A stretch of 64,000 nucleotides of DNA from Paramoeba atlantica (GCA_977017575.1 CDRNVI010000019.1:124001-188000); one strand, 5' to 3'. Counted from the first letter of the stretch, positions 1 through 11,628 are shown. Notes: generated by a model from the letters alone, not told the origin. A program made the numbers and translations.

Positions 1-294
1 ACAGTTCTGAACCACACGGCCCGCTGAGTTATTATTTCCGTAGGTTGTAAATGACATGCTCTTTGGAACAGAATAAATTTCTTACGCGAAATCAATGTTT
101 TATTAGAATTGTTTTGTTCGTCACTCCCCTATTTTCAACTTAACCCCATATTTTCATTAGGTTTCATTAGAACTTTGGTTCTAATATTAAGAAACAGGCT
201 CATTTGGTATACTATTGACTCAGTCAATTCGACTGTTGAAAGGATAACCTTGTAACTTTAGTTTACAGAGAAGAATTGTCCTGAGCTTCACACA

Positions 295-864
295 TTATTT
301 ACAGTTCAAAAGTAAGAAGCTAGTCAGAAAGGCGCCACAAGTAGTCAAACATATCGTTGAGTATGTTACCCAGAGAAAGTCTTCTCGACGCCCTGTTGGG
401 ATTTCTGTTATTATTGTATTGTTCGGCTGCCTCACTCCTACTTGTTTTACTCCCACGTAGGCCTGAAAGTTAGGTGAAATATACCTTGTTGCTGAATGTG
501 CAGAGGTATCTGGATCAGCGTAACGAAAATGAATGGGAAGACTGACATCAAAAGTACCGTTTGTATTACATAACGGCATTATACGAACCTCATACAATTG
601 TGTTGCTTCATTTTCAGACCGCTCGATGTCTATCGGAGTATTAGCCTCGATCGCACTTGCTTCAATACCTCCCTCACTAGTATCAATATAAAATTGTCTG
701 GATAAAGGCATTATCAGCGAAAGTGAGTTACACGACTTGTATAAGTAATGTGAGGTCGCACAAGCATTTCTATTCGCAGAAGCATTCAAATCTCCGTGAA
801 TGCGAAGCTGGCGATGAAAACCGATGCCTATTAAACTCCAGGCGATTGCCACGATTATACTCAT
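295..864 (-). CDS. PIGX: PIG-X/PBN1-like GPI mannosyltransferase I subunit
   Basis: SLPIHFRYADP motif and C-terminal EIPTG...VTYST transmembrane segment typical of PIG-X. Confidence 0.7.
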   Translation of the reverse strand: MSIIVAIAWSLIGIGFHRQLRIHGDLNASANRNACATSHYLYKSCNSLSLIMPLSRQFYIDTSEGGIEASAIEANTPIDIERSENEATQLYEVRIMPLCNTNGTFDVSLPIHFRYADPDTSAHSATRYISPNFQAYVGVKQVGVRQPNNTIITEIPTGRREDFLWVTYSTICLTTCGAFLTSFLLLNCK

Positions 865-1076
865 AAAAGGGCCGTCTTAAAACACGTATTGATTTGCAAA
901 AGCTACACTAACTGGACTTTGTACTCACTTTATAAAAAATAATGGGTCTCCTAAGGCTCACATAATACACATGTTGTCAAACAGAATGAGAGTAAGGCTA
1001 TAGATAGGAATCCGTTCAAGCAAAAATATGCATAGAAATAGAGAACACTAGTCACACATCTAAATCCGACTATCCA

Positions 1077-1733
1077 TTAGCCATTCTCTTCTACATCCCA
1101 CCTGACCAAGTCAACAAAAATATCTCTATGGGCGTGACGATGTTTTCGATACGATGCTGGGAGATCGTAACGCATTTCCGCAAGGAGGGTAGAAGTGATT
1201 TTACGCGTAGAAGTTGAACAACGTTCTGCCCATCGAGGAAAAAATTCCCTAGTTGATTTAAGATGCAGTGAATACACTCGTGGTGCTACACAGAGGGCTT
1301 CACTGACGAATAGCGTGTCTGCATGAGAACGCGACTTCGTGCCAAACGGAGGATTCATGATAGCTATATCGAAAGAAGAATGAAAGCACCGAGCAACTGA
1401 ACCGGGACGAACTTCATGTTTTATACCAGAAAATATTGAGCGCATTCCAATATCGTCCATGACGTTCTGCGCATGAGCCAGACTGCACTTGTCCACATCA
1501 ACTCCGACAACTGAGGCAGCTCCGAGCAAAGCGGATGCACAAGAAAGTGTCCCAGTACCGCATCCCAGATCTAAGATATGCAACCCTTCAAGCGACTGGT
1601 CTTCTTGTAGGCTCCATAGGCATCGAGCTGCAATATCCGGGGGTGTGAGATACTGTTCCAGTGTTATATCGGGGGATGAGAACTGGAAGTCTAACTCTCG
1701 AAGTGTGGCTTCAAGTTCCCACACACGGTACAT
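1077..1733 (-). CDS. METTL5: METTL5-like rRNA N6-adenine methyltransferase
   Basis: LEQYLTP, LDLGCGTG SAM-binding motif, NPPFGTK catalytic motif. Confidence 0.9.
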   Translation of the reverse strand: MYRVWELEATLRELDFQFSSPDITLEQYLTPPDIAARCLWSLQEDQSLEGLHILDLGCGTGTLSCASALLGAASVVGVDVDKCSLAHAQNVMDDIGMRSIFSGIKHEVRPGSVARCFHSSFDIAIMNPPFGTKSRSHADTLFVSEALCVAPRVYSLHLKSTREFFPRWAERCSTSTRKITSTLLAEMRYDLPASYRKHRHAHRDIFVDLVRWDVEENG

Positions 1734-2000
1734 TATCTCCTCGTATAAGTCAGTCTTGTCATTCAGTATTGTAGATAATAATGGACCTCCTTTGCTTTAA
1801 AGCTAAAGTCAAAAGTATGTGTTCTTTAAGCACTTCTCACATTTGTGTATTGTATCACTTATAAGGGACTTTCAACGCGCATACATTCTAAAAATTTAGT
1901 TTTCCATTTTATTAGTAAACATCTCGATCAACCGTGTGATAAACACGTTCGCCATCCTACTCTTGATTCTAAACTACATCCAATCCGCTCCGCCCCTTCC

Positions 2001-3101
2001 TCACCGCAGAACCGACTCCCCATGATGCGTCACACTTGCCGGTCGGTCCAAACCAAGGCCCCAATGAAGATCAGGCTCGTTGGTGCGGTAACTCGGCAAC
2101 CTCGGGGTGAGGTCCCGTCGGTCAAGCATCTCCCCCTCCTCCCCCCTCCCGGGGGTCATCTCCACCACCAGCTCCGGGGGGGCCTCCACGGCATGGGAAC
2201 ACCTCCCCTCGACCCCGGGCGTCATGTGGGCAATCCCACGGGTCTCCCAGGGCGCCACACGCCACCGGGCCCACACCTCCCGTGTGAGGATACACACAAA
2301 CACCACCACGCAGAACCCCGAGATCAGGTGCGCACTCACCAGTGCGGGGATCAAACACCGGTGGTGGTAACCCATCGAGGGGAGCAGGCGGGCCCATATC
2401 ACCCACAGCAGAAACCCCGGGAGCAGCAGCCGGAAGACGATCCAGGTAAGGTAGGTGAGGTAGAAACAGGCCACATAGGGCCACGTCTCGGCACGCCCTG
2501 TGCGCTCCAGCAGCACTTGACAGTTCAGGAAGAGCACCGGGAGCTCGACAAGGAGGAAGTTGGAGACGACAAAGGACCCGGCGCCGCATTGGGGGTTGAA
2601 GATGTGGACACAGAACGGGATGAGGGCCAGGATGTGGTGAACGACAAACACAAGCCACATCGGGACACGGTAAAGGATGATGATCGCGAGGTCGAGGAGG
2701 AAATAGGCCGTGGAGAACGCGACCAGGGCGTGCAGGGGAACGAGGTCGGACGTGCTGAGGGGCTCATAGTCGGATTTCCACTGGATCGTGGTTGTGGTTG
2801 CGATGAATCCAGGTACAACGACGAGGGCGTGCAGGGAGCTGTTGATGCGGCTACACCAATCCGCTTTGTAGCTCAAAGTGAATTTTGAGAAATAGGAGGA
2901 ACCGTAGCGTGCGGTGATGTACCAAGAAATGTAAAAAAGGAAAAGGAATGCGATTAGAGAACCTCCAAGTACAATAGCGTTGAACGTGATGCTGGGACTG
3001 TGACATCCAGGTGAGAGTGAGGCGTCGCACCGCTCGCTATCGTTGAGAAGCACCTGTGGGATAAACACACAAAGATATACGAACGAAAAAGCGAGTTTCA
3101 T
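2001..3101 (-). CDS. TLC (TRAM/LAG1/CLN8) domain membrane protein
   Basis: Multiple TM helices; SRINSSLHA, YFLLDL, FVVHH, LLVELPVLFLN motifs. Confidence 0.8.
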   Translation of the reverse strand: MKLAFSFVYLCVFIPQVLLNDSERCDASLSPGCHSPSITFNAIVLGGSLIAFLFLFYISWYITARYGSSYFSKFTLSYKADWCSRINSSLHALVVVPGFIATTTTIQWKSDYEPLSTSDLVPLHALVAFSTAYFLLDLAIIILYRVPMWLVFVVHHILALIPFCVHIFNPQCGAGSFVVSNFLLVELPVLFLNCQVLLERTGRAETWPYVACFYLTYLTWIVFRLLLPGFLLWVIWARLLPSMGYHHRCLIPALVSAHLISGFCVVVFVCILTREVWARWRVAPWETRGIAHMTPGVEGRCSHAVEAPPELVVEMTPGRGEEGEMLDRRDLTPRLPSYRTNEPDLHWGLGLDRPASVTHHGESVLR

Positions 3102-3495
3102 GCCTCGAATATTCGGTAAGGAGATTTTACTGTCTTGGGACGCACATCATTCCACTCATCACGGACAAATCGAAGGAAAACAAGGAAAGGATAACTACGT
3201 AAAATAACCGTATGTACTCGTGCCAGTTTGTTCAGAAAACTTAATAATGCTTGAGTATAATGTCCCCGTCCCAACTATTTATTAATAGTGTATAGGAAAG
3301 TACAGTGCAAGCAAAATGAAGCGTCTAGATGCCTTCGCCTGTTCGTTTTCGACCGATTTTCATCGATATGTCACAAAGAACGATAAGCAAGATGTAAAAT
3401 TATATACATACCGTCGCATCAATGCGATTAGAATAATCAGCGCTAGCCATGCGCGACGTTACAGTAACGATTGTCTGCGTCAGAATCAATAGATG

Positions 3496-5370
3496 CTAAA
3501 GAATAACGCTCGGATACGTTTTTCCAAGTACATCCTTGCCACTCGCATAATCAGTATCGATTGCCCATGGAATGTCCCTTGAGCTACCTGTACAGCTATG
3601 TTGATAGGGCAAAGGTGGCAGTTCGTACGGTAAGCACACACAAAAGTAGTGTGCTTTTTTGATTGTCTTATCCTCATGGCTTCGACTTGAAAGAGGAGAA
3701 TCTTCAGATGTACGTGTATTTGCATGCGTGCCGACGCTAGAATTTGAGAACGTGTAGTGATACGAACAGTTCAATATATCGAGAGACGACGCTGAACAGT
3801 GATGGGAACATGATTTAGGTAATTGCAATGGAAATTGCGGCGTGCAGCTAAAACAATCCCAATGTGAAAGAGTATGTTCTAGCCTGTGCGGTGTAAAAAG
3901 GACACCGAGTTCGTATGATCGAATACACAGTTGTGATGCATTGAGTTGCTCTTGCCCCCACGCAGCTTTCGAAAGATTAGCGCTAGTGAGCAAAACATAG
4001 TGCAGACGCACCGTTGTGGTATCTACGTGTATGCGGCCAACACCCTGTCCTGTATTGTCTTTTGCAGAATGACTTAGGTTTTCGTACACACAATAGGACT
4101 TTATATGCGGCATTGCTCTACATCGAATTTTATACGGACATACTGTATGCATGCCGGCGCAATGCCTTTCATCTTTGCTTCTTTTCGTTGTTCCATCGGA
4201 TAAACCGGAATCAGACCACCTGGACATCATGGAAGACATGAATAATTTGTGATTTTTTTGTGGCACTGGAAGAGATCCACCCGCACGCCATCCCTCGATG
4301 GAGTTCGCAACTTCCTTTACCGTTGGAAAGATAAGTTTCATGTGACTGAGGGAGGGAAAAATTCCAAATTTCTGTCCAAAATTCATCAACCATTTTTCAT
4401 CCATGGAGCCTAAACTTGAAAATTGGCATGATAAAGTGCGCGGCGGGGCTTTTGCGCCAGTGTCAAATTTCAAAGATTTTTCGTCTTGTTGCAAAATATG
4501 TTTCAAGCGCCATTGTCCCCATTCGCCCAGGGGTTCCGTATTCTGTCGCGTAAGAGATCCTTCCGCAGACTCTGTTACTGCTACGGATACCTTTCTTCGA
4601 TGATGCTTATGATAACCAGGAACTGAAGCAACTATATCTGCAGTTGCAAAGCGAAAGTCGTGTGCCATAATTCGACTTACGTTCCACCCGCCAATAAAAG
4701 AAAAGTATTCATAAAGATCATGACCAAAGTCTCGCAGATTGTTAACGTCACAGGAGCCCTTATAGGCCTCTGTGAGCTTTGGAAAATCTTGCACCCAAAT
4801 GCCTTGAGATTTTCCGTCCCAGTCGCTGCTCACGTAGTTAGCTGTATGTATGCAAACTCTCATTCCGCGCTCATTGAAGCATAAAACACTTTTCGTGTGA
4901 TGCGTGCCATATGAAATAGGCAGTGACGGAGCAACAATACGCACGTTTTCATATTTTGTCGCAGATTTCGGCAAGACAATGCAATGCGTCTCAATTCCTC
5001 TGTTCCCTGATAGAGAATCTCGAGATGTCGTACATCGCTTTCTAGCCTCGGAATAACAATCTCCCGTAATTACAACTATTTCCGGGACACAGGAGAAACA
5101 AGGATCACTGACTGTTTCCAGCCAATCTAAGTCTGTCATGTAGTTACTGAAAACTATAAGATCCCAATCAGGTAAGCCGGGTTTGTTGCAACCCAAAATA
5201 TCACGCAAGTGCAGCGTGTCTTCATTGGGATCACATAATACATCAGATTTTCTGATGTTGGAAGCATTCACATCTACAGTTTTTGTTCGCTTCTCTCCGT
5301 AAAGATGTTCGAAGGACTCAATGAAATTGTACCATAATGGAATGGGGCGACATTCAGAGTGATGGTTCAT
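3496..5370 (-). CDS. TDP1: Tyrosyl-DNA phosphodiesterase 1
   Basis: Two HKN-type motifs (GTHHTK, MPHIKSY), TSANLSKAAWG, SYELGVLF; first in-frame ATG at 5370. Confidence 0.92.
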   Translation of the reverse strand: MNHHSECRPIPLWYNFIESFEHLYGEKRTKTVDVNASNIRKSDVLCDPNEDTLHLRDILGCNKPGLPDWDLIVFSNYMTDLDWLETVSDPCFSCVPEIVVITGDCYSEARKRCTTSRDSLSGNRGIETHCIVLPKSATKYENVRIVAPSLPISYGTHHTKSVLCFNERGMRVCIHTANYVSSDWDGKSQGIWVQDFPKLTEAYKGSCDVNNLRDFGHDLYEYFSFIGGWNVSRIMAHDFRFATADIVASVPGYHKHHRRKVSVAVTESAEGSLTRQNTEPLGEWGQWRLKHILQQDEKSLKFDTGAKAPPRTLSCQFSSLGSMDEKWLMNFGQKFGIFPSLSHMKLIFPTVKEVANSIEGWRAGGSLPVPQKNHKLFMSSMMSRWSDSGLSDGTTKRSKDERHCAGMHTVCPYKIRCRAMPHIKSYCVYENLSHSAKDNTGQGVGRIHVDTTTVRLHYVLLTSANLSKAAWGQEQLNASQLCIRSYELGVLFTPHRLEHTLSHWDCFSCTPQFPLQLPKSCSHHCSASSLDILNCSYHYTFSNSSVGTHANTRTSEDSPLSSRSHEDKTIKKAHYFCVCLPYELPPLPYQHSCTGSSRDIPWAIDTDYASGKDVLGKTYPSVIL

Positions 5371-5403
5371 GCACCAATACAAGTTAATAACGAAATGCTG
5401 TTT

Positions 5404-6348
5404 TTAAAAGGAAAAATATATATAACTTATTCGTCGCATTGATTTCTTGTCTCTTATTACATCTGAAATCAATTTTGTAGCCGCGAATTGTACAGGATGC
5501 GTGTATCCGCTTACCATAAAAATCAAGGCATCGGCACGACGTGCTAAAAAAAAGTATGCTATTGCAAGGGTGAAAAGTATGTAACCAATCACTAACCACA
5601 CCTTACGTGGCAATCCAAAGTAAAAGACATCCAACTGTGCGGTGTATCGAGTAATATAATAATCGGAAGAATTTCCTGGACCGAATCCTGCCCAAGGAGG
5701 GTCTAAATAACCAGCACGTAGCACTTGCGGAAAAAGAGGGACAGCGCCAATGCCGGAAAGAATGATCCCAATAAAGAGAACGGGTGTGCCTTGAAAACCG
5801 TTCAAATCCTGGAGATGAACTTCGCAGTGCTTCATTAAAGAAGAAGTGCCGTTGCTTCCTTGACAAACATCTTCAAAAATTGCGTCACCATAAAGCGCAG
5901 TTCCGTAAACAACGTCAAGAACCGCGGGATTGGAAGCACGATAGGAGAGTACAAGTTGTAGGGTCATCTCTTCACTGGCTTGCGGTACTGCATACCAGCG
6001 CTCGTTCGGGAATGGTAGCGCTAGTAACCTACATGTATTTTCCATGTTCCCCCGACCTGCATCCTTGGTCCATAGTCGGCCTTCATTCAAAGAATTCCGG
6101 TCTATGGCCACCTCTTGACTCCACACGGGAGCGTCCAGTGAGAGAATCGTAAGTGGTCGGGAAAGGGCGCGCTGCAGTTGTTCACGTGACAAGGGTTGAT
6201 AAGGTGACGTGATCCAGTGTTGGTGAACATCCGAGCGAACAAAAGGAAAAAGCTGCAGAAAAAATACAAGAAAGAACCCTGTTCTCACTTGTGTTAGGAA
6301 TGGGGTACCAAGGTAGAGTTCAGAGCGGTTCATTTTGGTCAACAGCAT
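5404..6348 (-). CDS. Hypothetical type I membrane protein
   Basis: 314-aa ORF in cluster orientation; N-terminal hydrophobic segment and C-terminal TM helix. Confidence 0.6.
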   Translation of the reverse strand: MLLTKMNRSELYLGTPFLTQVRTGFFLVFFLQLFPFVRSDVHQHWITSPYQPLSREQLQRALSRPLTILSLDAPVWSQEVAIDRNSLNEGRLWTKDAGRGNMENTCRLLALPFPNERWYAVPQASEEMTLQLVLSYRASNPAVLDVVYGTALYGDAIFEDVCQGSNGTSSLMKHCEVHLQDLNGFQGTPVLFIGIILSGIGAVPLFPQVLRAGYLDPPWAGFGPGNSSDYYITRYTAQLDVFYFGLPRKVWLVIGYILFTLAIAYFFLARRADALIFMVSGYTHPVQFAATKLISDVIRDKKSMRRISYIYFSF

Positions 6349-6723
6349 AAATAAGTTGCACAGACATGCATGTATAGTGATAGAAAATAAGCATTCATGT
6401 ATTATGCAAAAAATAGTAGCGACGCATCCATGAGGGTATGGGTGAGATTAAAATCTACATGTAATTTAATTGTACTATGAACGTCACTTGTATCGTTTGC
6501 GAAGACATTGTTTAATTAAAAGGAACCTATTGAAAACGTGTCTAAAGTATTTTTCCGGCCTCTCATATATCGTAACGTACTACATTTCGCTATTCAAAAT
6601 ATGTACAAAGAACCCTGCCCAAAATTGTAAGCTTTCATTGCATAATGTTTTCAATTCACATCGAAAACAAGTCAACGAAATAAACAAGCAATTCAAAAAA
6701 TATCGATTTTTTTTCATAATTGT

Positions 6724-7302
6724 CTAAACAAAACCTTTCGTGGGCTCCGTTGAAAAATCATTCATATCTGAATCAAATTCCCGATTCTCTTCATCAAAAT
6801 CACTTTCAGCAACATCCTCCTCACCCACTTCATCTTCCTCCACGTCTCCCCTCTCCCCTCCCTCTTCCGCGTTCCGTATCTCCTCCATCCGTTTCGACAA
6901 ACTCTCCACGCCCCCTTTGTTTACGAAACCACGAAGCCCCGCGAGGGCACCCGCCCCGACCATCCCCAACGGCCCCCCTGCCACAAACCCCGCCGCGGCC
7001 CCTTTCACCGCCTCATTCGCGGCATGGTGCGCGCTCTTATCTGTGAGCACCGCGTGGCCGAACCGTTTGAGATGTTTCACTACCCCCTCCATGGGATCCT
7101 CCAAGGCGGGGGAGCTCTCCTCATCCTCATCGTCCTCCTCATGCTCTTCCTCATCGTCCCACACGTTACCGGCAGAGGACTTGGATTTCGTAGCTGAATA
7201 CTTTTCTAGGCTTTGGACTTCTCTTGGATTGCGTTCTGTGCGAGCGGTGACACCCAGGAGAGCGATGAAGAGGAAGAGAAGGAGTGTGAGCGAATGTCGC
7301 AT
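6724..7302 (-). CDS. Secreted acidic protein with glycine-zipper segment
   Basis: Signal peptide MRHSLTLLLFLFIALLGVTA; D/E tracts; GAAAGFVAGGPLGMVGAGALAG. Confidence 0.65.
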   Translation of the reverse strand: MRHSLTLLLFLFIALLGVTARTERNPREVQSLEKYSATKSKSSAGNVWDDEEEHEEDDEDEESSPALEDPMEGVVKHLKRFGHAVLTDKSAHHAANEAVKGAAAGFVAGGPLGMVGAGALAGLRGFVNKGGVESLSKRMEEIRNAEEGGERGDVEEDEVGEEDVAESDFDEENREFDSDMNDFSTEPTKGFV

Positions 7303-7721
7303 GAGATCGGACGGGGGTACCAGTAGGGAAGGGTGGTGTTGCGAAGTAGAAGGGAGGGTAGAAAGTAGAAAATAGGAAAAAAAAGAGCGGCTAGGGTAGA
7401 AATAAGAGTCATCGAGTAGGTATACAACGGAACACGAAAGGTAAACGAGAGGTTGAAGGAAATCAGGATAAAATAACGTGGCGTGCTTTGTAATGTTGAC
7501 GTGTTGGATAAAAAAGGTTGAATATGCGCGTGACTATGAGATATACACTTAACACAGTAAATTCTCATTAGATAACAATCCTTTACATATAGAAATTACA
7601 TGAGAAGTTCACATACGTATGATAAATGCTCTTGACATTATTTTACAGTGGAAGGAATCTTTTTTGCAAGACAAAAATCTTCTCAGAATACTAAGTATCG
7701 AGCAAGTAATACTTGCTCGAG

Positions 7722-8363
7722 CTAAGCTGAATCGATGGAGAAAATATTTAGTACAGTATCAGGTATTTTAATCCCTTTGTTGCGCAATAATTTAGGAGCA
7801 ATATCGGCGAGAAACCAGTATACATGACCGATGATAATACCGAGAAATTCATCTCGAATCGGTTGATTCATCACTAGTGATAGTAGCAAGAACACGTAAG
7901 GGATGTATGGCGCCGCTACAGGAAATAGTCCCAACACGTGAAGCTGTTCGTATGGATGACGTCGACACCAGACATACAGAACATACAATAACATTGGAGA
8001 GCTGAGAAAGAAAATGTTGAGAAAATATGCTGCGGTGAGCATTAAGATGGCCCCGAAAAGCAGCATGCAAATGAAACCAACAGTCCGATTTCGATAGTAG
8101 TGTTCCTCTAAGCGACAAAAATACATGTACAAGAAGTGCATGTGAAAAAAGAAGTTTAGTCCGAACCCTTCGAAGAATGTAAAGGTAGTTACCAAGCGCC
8201 AATACTCGTTTCGCGCAAAAACCTGTGCAAAATTTAAGTACAGCGAAAGTGGAGTAACAAAACGAAATGTAATCGCTGCGGCAGTGAGGCAACATGCTGT
8301 TACGTAAGTTCGAGTCACGACGGGCATATCGTAGTACCATGTATCCAACTGCACGTCGGCCAT
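7722..8363 (-). CDS. DER1: Derlin (Der1-like ERAD protein)
   Basis: DMPVVTR, EYWRLVTTF, APYIPY, GIIIGHVYWFL motifs; likely start MADVQ at 8363, the longer ORF-track N-terminus looks spurious. Confidence 0.9.
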   Translation of the reverse strand: MADVQLDTWYYDMPVVTRTYVTACCLTAAAITFRFVTPLSLYLNFAQVFARNEYWRLVTTFTFFEGFGLNFFFHMHFLYMYFCRLEEHYYRNRTVGFICMLLFGAILMLTAAYFLNIFFLSSPMLLYVLYVWCRRHPYEQLHVLGLFPVAAPYIPYVFLLLSLVMNQPIRDEFLGIIIGHVYWFLADIAPKLLRNKGIKIPDTVLNIFSIDSA

Positions 8364-8502
8364 GTAGATATAGAATAATAAAGGAGAAGAGTGTGAATAT
8401 TTCGAACACATGTGAGTACTTTTTAGTGAAGTTAAATAAGCGCCTTGTGCTAAATGATGACTTTCTTTTCTCAACATCGCTGACGGATTCATAAAACCAA
8501 AA

Positions 8503-9675
8503 TCAAGCATCCGCCAGCGGAGAATGATTCTGCTTTCCAAGATTGACGCTGATTTCCTCAGAATAAATATGCCACAGGGAATTTAAACTTACAACTAATC
8601 GGCATACTCTTGTAGTAAAGTCCTTGGACTGCAGAGAAGAGTAAAAACACCACAAGACACGTTCGCACAAGAACTCGCATAATACTTCTTGCTCGTGACT
8701 AACGTCTCTTGATTGTTCCAGAAAGTGACAGGCATTGATTACCTGTAACGCACGCTCTTGATTCATCAGTTCAGGGCATATAGAACGGAGGTTATCACGC
8801 TCCACATCGAAATCGGTATTTAAGAGTTGCAGAATATTATTCCTCTCGGAAGCAAACATCTGCGCCGCAGCAGACTTTATAGGAGAGTATTGAGTTATAC
8901 AGTAGGAACAGAGTACGCTAGACGGAAGTGTCACAATCAACATGCCCAGCAGGATAAAAACAATTCCCAGTGCCTGCCCTGCTGCGGTACGGGGAACAAG
9001 GTCTCCATAACCCACCGTACAGAGAGTGGAGACAACCCAATAAACCCCGTCAAAGATAGACTGGTACGGCGTAGAGAAAGATTCTCCCACGACGTTCGTA
9101 CCATTCCAGGAAGATGAAAACGAGTCAAAACGGGATGTGAGATTCTCAACATAGAACGTGAGTACACCCCCAACGAATCCCGCCATCAGGAGAGCAGCCA
9201 GGCCTACCAGCAGTACGGGACCCGACAAATTCAAAATCCGCACCAATGCTTCATACTGTGAATGCAGTGCAGTAAGACGTAGTAATCGCAGTAGACGCAG
9301 ACTCGACAGAATACGAAGGCCAGGACTGTGCTGAAAGTCGGCGCTGTGCGTTATGAAACAGCAAAGAATTTCATAGAGAAAAGGCAGAAGACATAGAAAT
9401 CGACAGAGAAATGCCTTAACATTGAACGGCGTTTGTTTCTTAAAATTCGGAAAAACGAGTTCCAGTAGAAAAGCAATTTCCGTGAACCATAGGATGTACA
9501 GTGTGGGGCATATTCTGCTGTTGTCAAGCACACAGGCATATATTGCAGGATCTGTCTCAGCAAGGCTCACGGTACAGTTTATTAAGATGAGAGCGGCATT
9601 TACATAGATTCCAAAATGCAATGGATTAGGACTTCCTTCGGAGTCTCCTCTTCCGTGTTGAGAATTATTGGACAT
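8503..9675 (-). CDS. Voltage-gated-type potassium channel subunit
   Basis: S4-like LRILSSLRLLRLLRL; selectivity filter TVGYGD. Confidence 0.85.
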   Translation of the reverse strand: MSNNSQHGRGDSEGSPNPLHFGIYVNAALILINCTVSLAETDPAIYACVLDNSRICPTLYILWFTEIAFLLELVFPNFKKQTPFNVKAFLCRFLCLLPFLYEILCCFITHSADFQHSPGLRILSSLRLLRLLRLTALHSQYEALVRILNLSGPVLLVGLAALLMAGFVGGVLTFYVENLTSRFDSFSSSWNGTNVVGESFSTPYQSIFDGVYWVVSTLCTVGYGDLVPRTAAGQALGIVFILLGMLIVTLPSSVLCSYCITQYSPIKSAAAQMFASERNNILQLLNTDFDVERDNLRSICPELMNQERALQVINACHFLEQSRDVSHEQEVLCEFLCERVLWCFYSSLQSKDFTTRVCRLVVSLNSLWHIYSEEISVNLGKQNHSPLADA

Positions 9676-10068
9676 AATTGCTAAGCATGAAATTATATTC
9701 AGACCGATGCATGTATCTGGACCCTGTCGAGCTCAAGGTAAACTCAGGAACATTGAATACTAAAATCACATGATGCAAATATAAATATATTAATACGACA
9801 AACATCTAAGTTTGCGTGACCGAAGTACTGACAAGCGAACCAATGCAGCACTAGTAAAAGGAAGTAGACCCAAGAGAGGGTAAATAGTCCCAATATCGCA
9901 CATACAATACTAAATGTAGCGCCAATAACAATATTTTTTTTGGAGCATCTGTATGATGCATGTGGTCTATAGCTACATTCGTCTATAGGTAGTATCAGAT
10001 TCTTTAAATCAAATTGGCTGCATACTTACGGGGTAATGACCTATTCGTGAAGCAAATGATTTACAAAC

Positions 10069-11628
10069 TTAACACGGAGCTACCCTTCCCTCGGGAAGAA
10101 TCTGAAATCTTTTTGCTGCAATGCTTTTGCGACCAGACTTTTGTGTGCGTTTGGAGATCTCCTTAGTCATAGAGCACATCATATTTAACCGCTCAGTGTA
10201 CGATTGTACCAAGGAAATTTGTTGAGCATATTCTCCAAGAACAACGCGAAGCGGTGATAAAGAGCTGTACATCTGGGGCAGCTTCTTTATTGTTGCACCG
10301 TGGTATCGAAGAATATGACGAATCCATATCAATAGCCGAGTAATCGCATCCGGGGACACATCCGCGCGCAGAAACTCCATAGCACACTCGCGTAAGAATA
10401 CAGAGGCATGAATAGAGGCAATGCTTCTCACAGTATCCTCAATTTGCGAGCTGTCAAAGTCGTACACAATTTTGCGCAACGTTGTGGTATCGGCGGCGCG
10501 TAAGGCATGTGTGATTAGCAGTGTTATGGACGTTGTGTGTAGGCTTGAGGAATCTGTATTCACCAAAGCTTGAGTCAAATCTAATCCGTACTTGTTCGGT
10601 TTCGGTATTCCGGAAGATAAAGTTTCTGTCGATTGCTGTATAAAGCGAATTTCTTTGCCAGGCATGTTTGCTATTGCATTAGAGAGCTCGTGGTCTTTGT
10701 CGCACCTTTTACAGGAATCGATAAAATGAAAAGATGGCGTAGCTTTGTCAATAGTTACTAGAAACACTTTTCCTTCGTCGATCCATGTCGCACGTGTGAT
10801 ATTCGTCAGATTCGGAATTCGCATATAAGGGGTAAGTTCTACTGAATTAACAAGTTCCCAGATGTTCGCACTCCCATCAACGTGCACGGAAAGAATGCGA
10901 TTAGTGAAAACTTGTACGTCTTTAACAACACTCTCTGCAGCGATAGCTGACCTGCACGCTGCCCCTGAATCGTTTCCTTCGGGTCCTTGCATTACGTTCC
11001 ACAACATAAGAGTAGGAATTCGGGAATCACAAGTGAGCAAATTTCCATCTTTTAAAAACGTCATAGCACTCGGGGCGGCCGTGTGTCCCGCGAAGGACTG
11101 TTGCTGCTTAAGAGTAACAAAACCATCCTCGGGTGTGGGTTCCCATAGGGTAACAGTTTGTGATGTGCTGATAGCCAGTTGACTTCCTGCTTCACTGCAA
11201 CATAGTTTTTCCATTTCTTGCCGGTCTGGAGTTCGAAGTAGAAAGGACAAAGTCATGTGCTGGACATCTAATGAATATACAGCATGGGCGCAGAGACATA
11301 CGCAGCGCGCTGATTTACCTATTGGTGCTATGGCGCGTATTTGTTGCGAAGAATTCGCATGCTTTGCTCTAAGTTGTGTTTGTAGAGTTCCTCGAAGTTC
11401 CTGTTGCTTTACATTCCATACCCGTAGTTCCCCAATATTAGTACCGAACGAAAGAAAAGCATCGTTTACCCAACAAAGTGCAGTAATTACGCTCTTTTCT
11501 TTTGAGGATCGATTCGATTTTTCGCACTTTACGATATCGCATCCTGTATTTTGTGGTGACCAAAGTTCAATCTCTGTGCCGCGAGAACGACAAAGGGCCA
11601 AATGTGTGGTGGATAATTCGGATAGCAT
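10069..11628 (-). CDS. UTP5: WD40 + Utp12-domain SSU processome protein (UTP5/WDR43-like)
   Basis: N-terminal WD repeats; C-terminal LLIWIRHILRYHG helical domain. Confidence 0.7.
   Translation of the reverse strand: MLSELSTTHLALCRSRGTEIELWSPQNTGCDIVKCEKSNRSSKEKSVITALCWVNDAFLSFGTNIGELRVWNVKQQELRGTLQTQLRAKHANSSQQIRAIAPIGKSARCVCLCAHAVYSLDVQHMTLSFLLRTPDRQEMEKLCCSEAGSQLAISTSQTVTLWEPTPEDGFVTLKQQQSFAGHTAAPSAMTFLKDGNLLTCDSRIPTLMLWNVMQGPEGNDSGAACRSAIAAESVVKDVQVFTNRILSVHVDGSANIWELVNSVELTPYMRIPNLTNITRATWIDEGKVFLVTIDKATPSFHFIDSCKRCDKDHELSNAIANMPGKEIRFIQQSTETLSSGIPKPNKYGLDLTQALVNTDSSSLHTTSITLLITHALRAADTTTLRKIVYDFDSSQIEDTVRSIASIHASVFLRECAMEFLRADVSPDAITRLLIWIRHILRYHGATIKKLPQMYSSLSPLRVVLGEYAQQISLVQSYTERLNMMCSMTKEISKRTQKSGRKSIAAKRFQILPEGRVAPC

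Noticed and set aside
1845-2888. 347-aa plus-strand ORF and other antisense ORFs over GC-rich genes (e.g. 6740-7375, 35596-36877, 45244-45906, 61555-62576)
   Set aside because: Shadow frames of real minus-strand genes in GC-rich sequence
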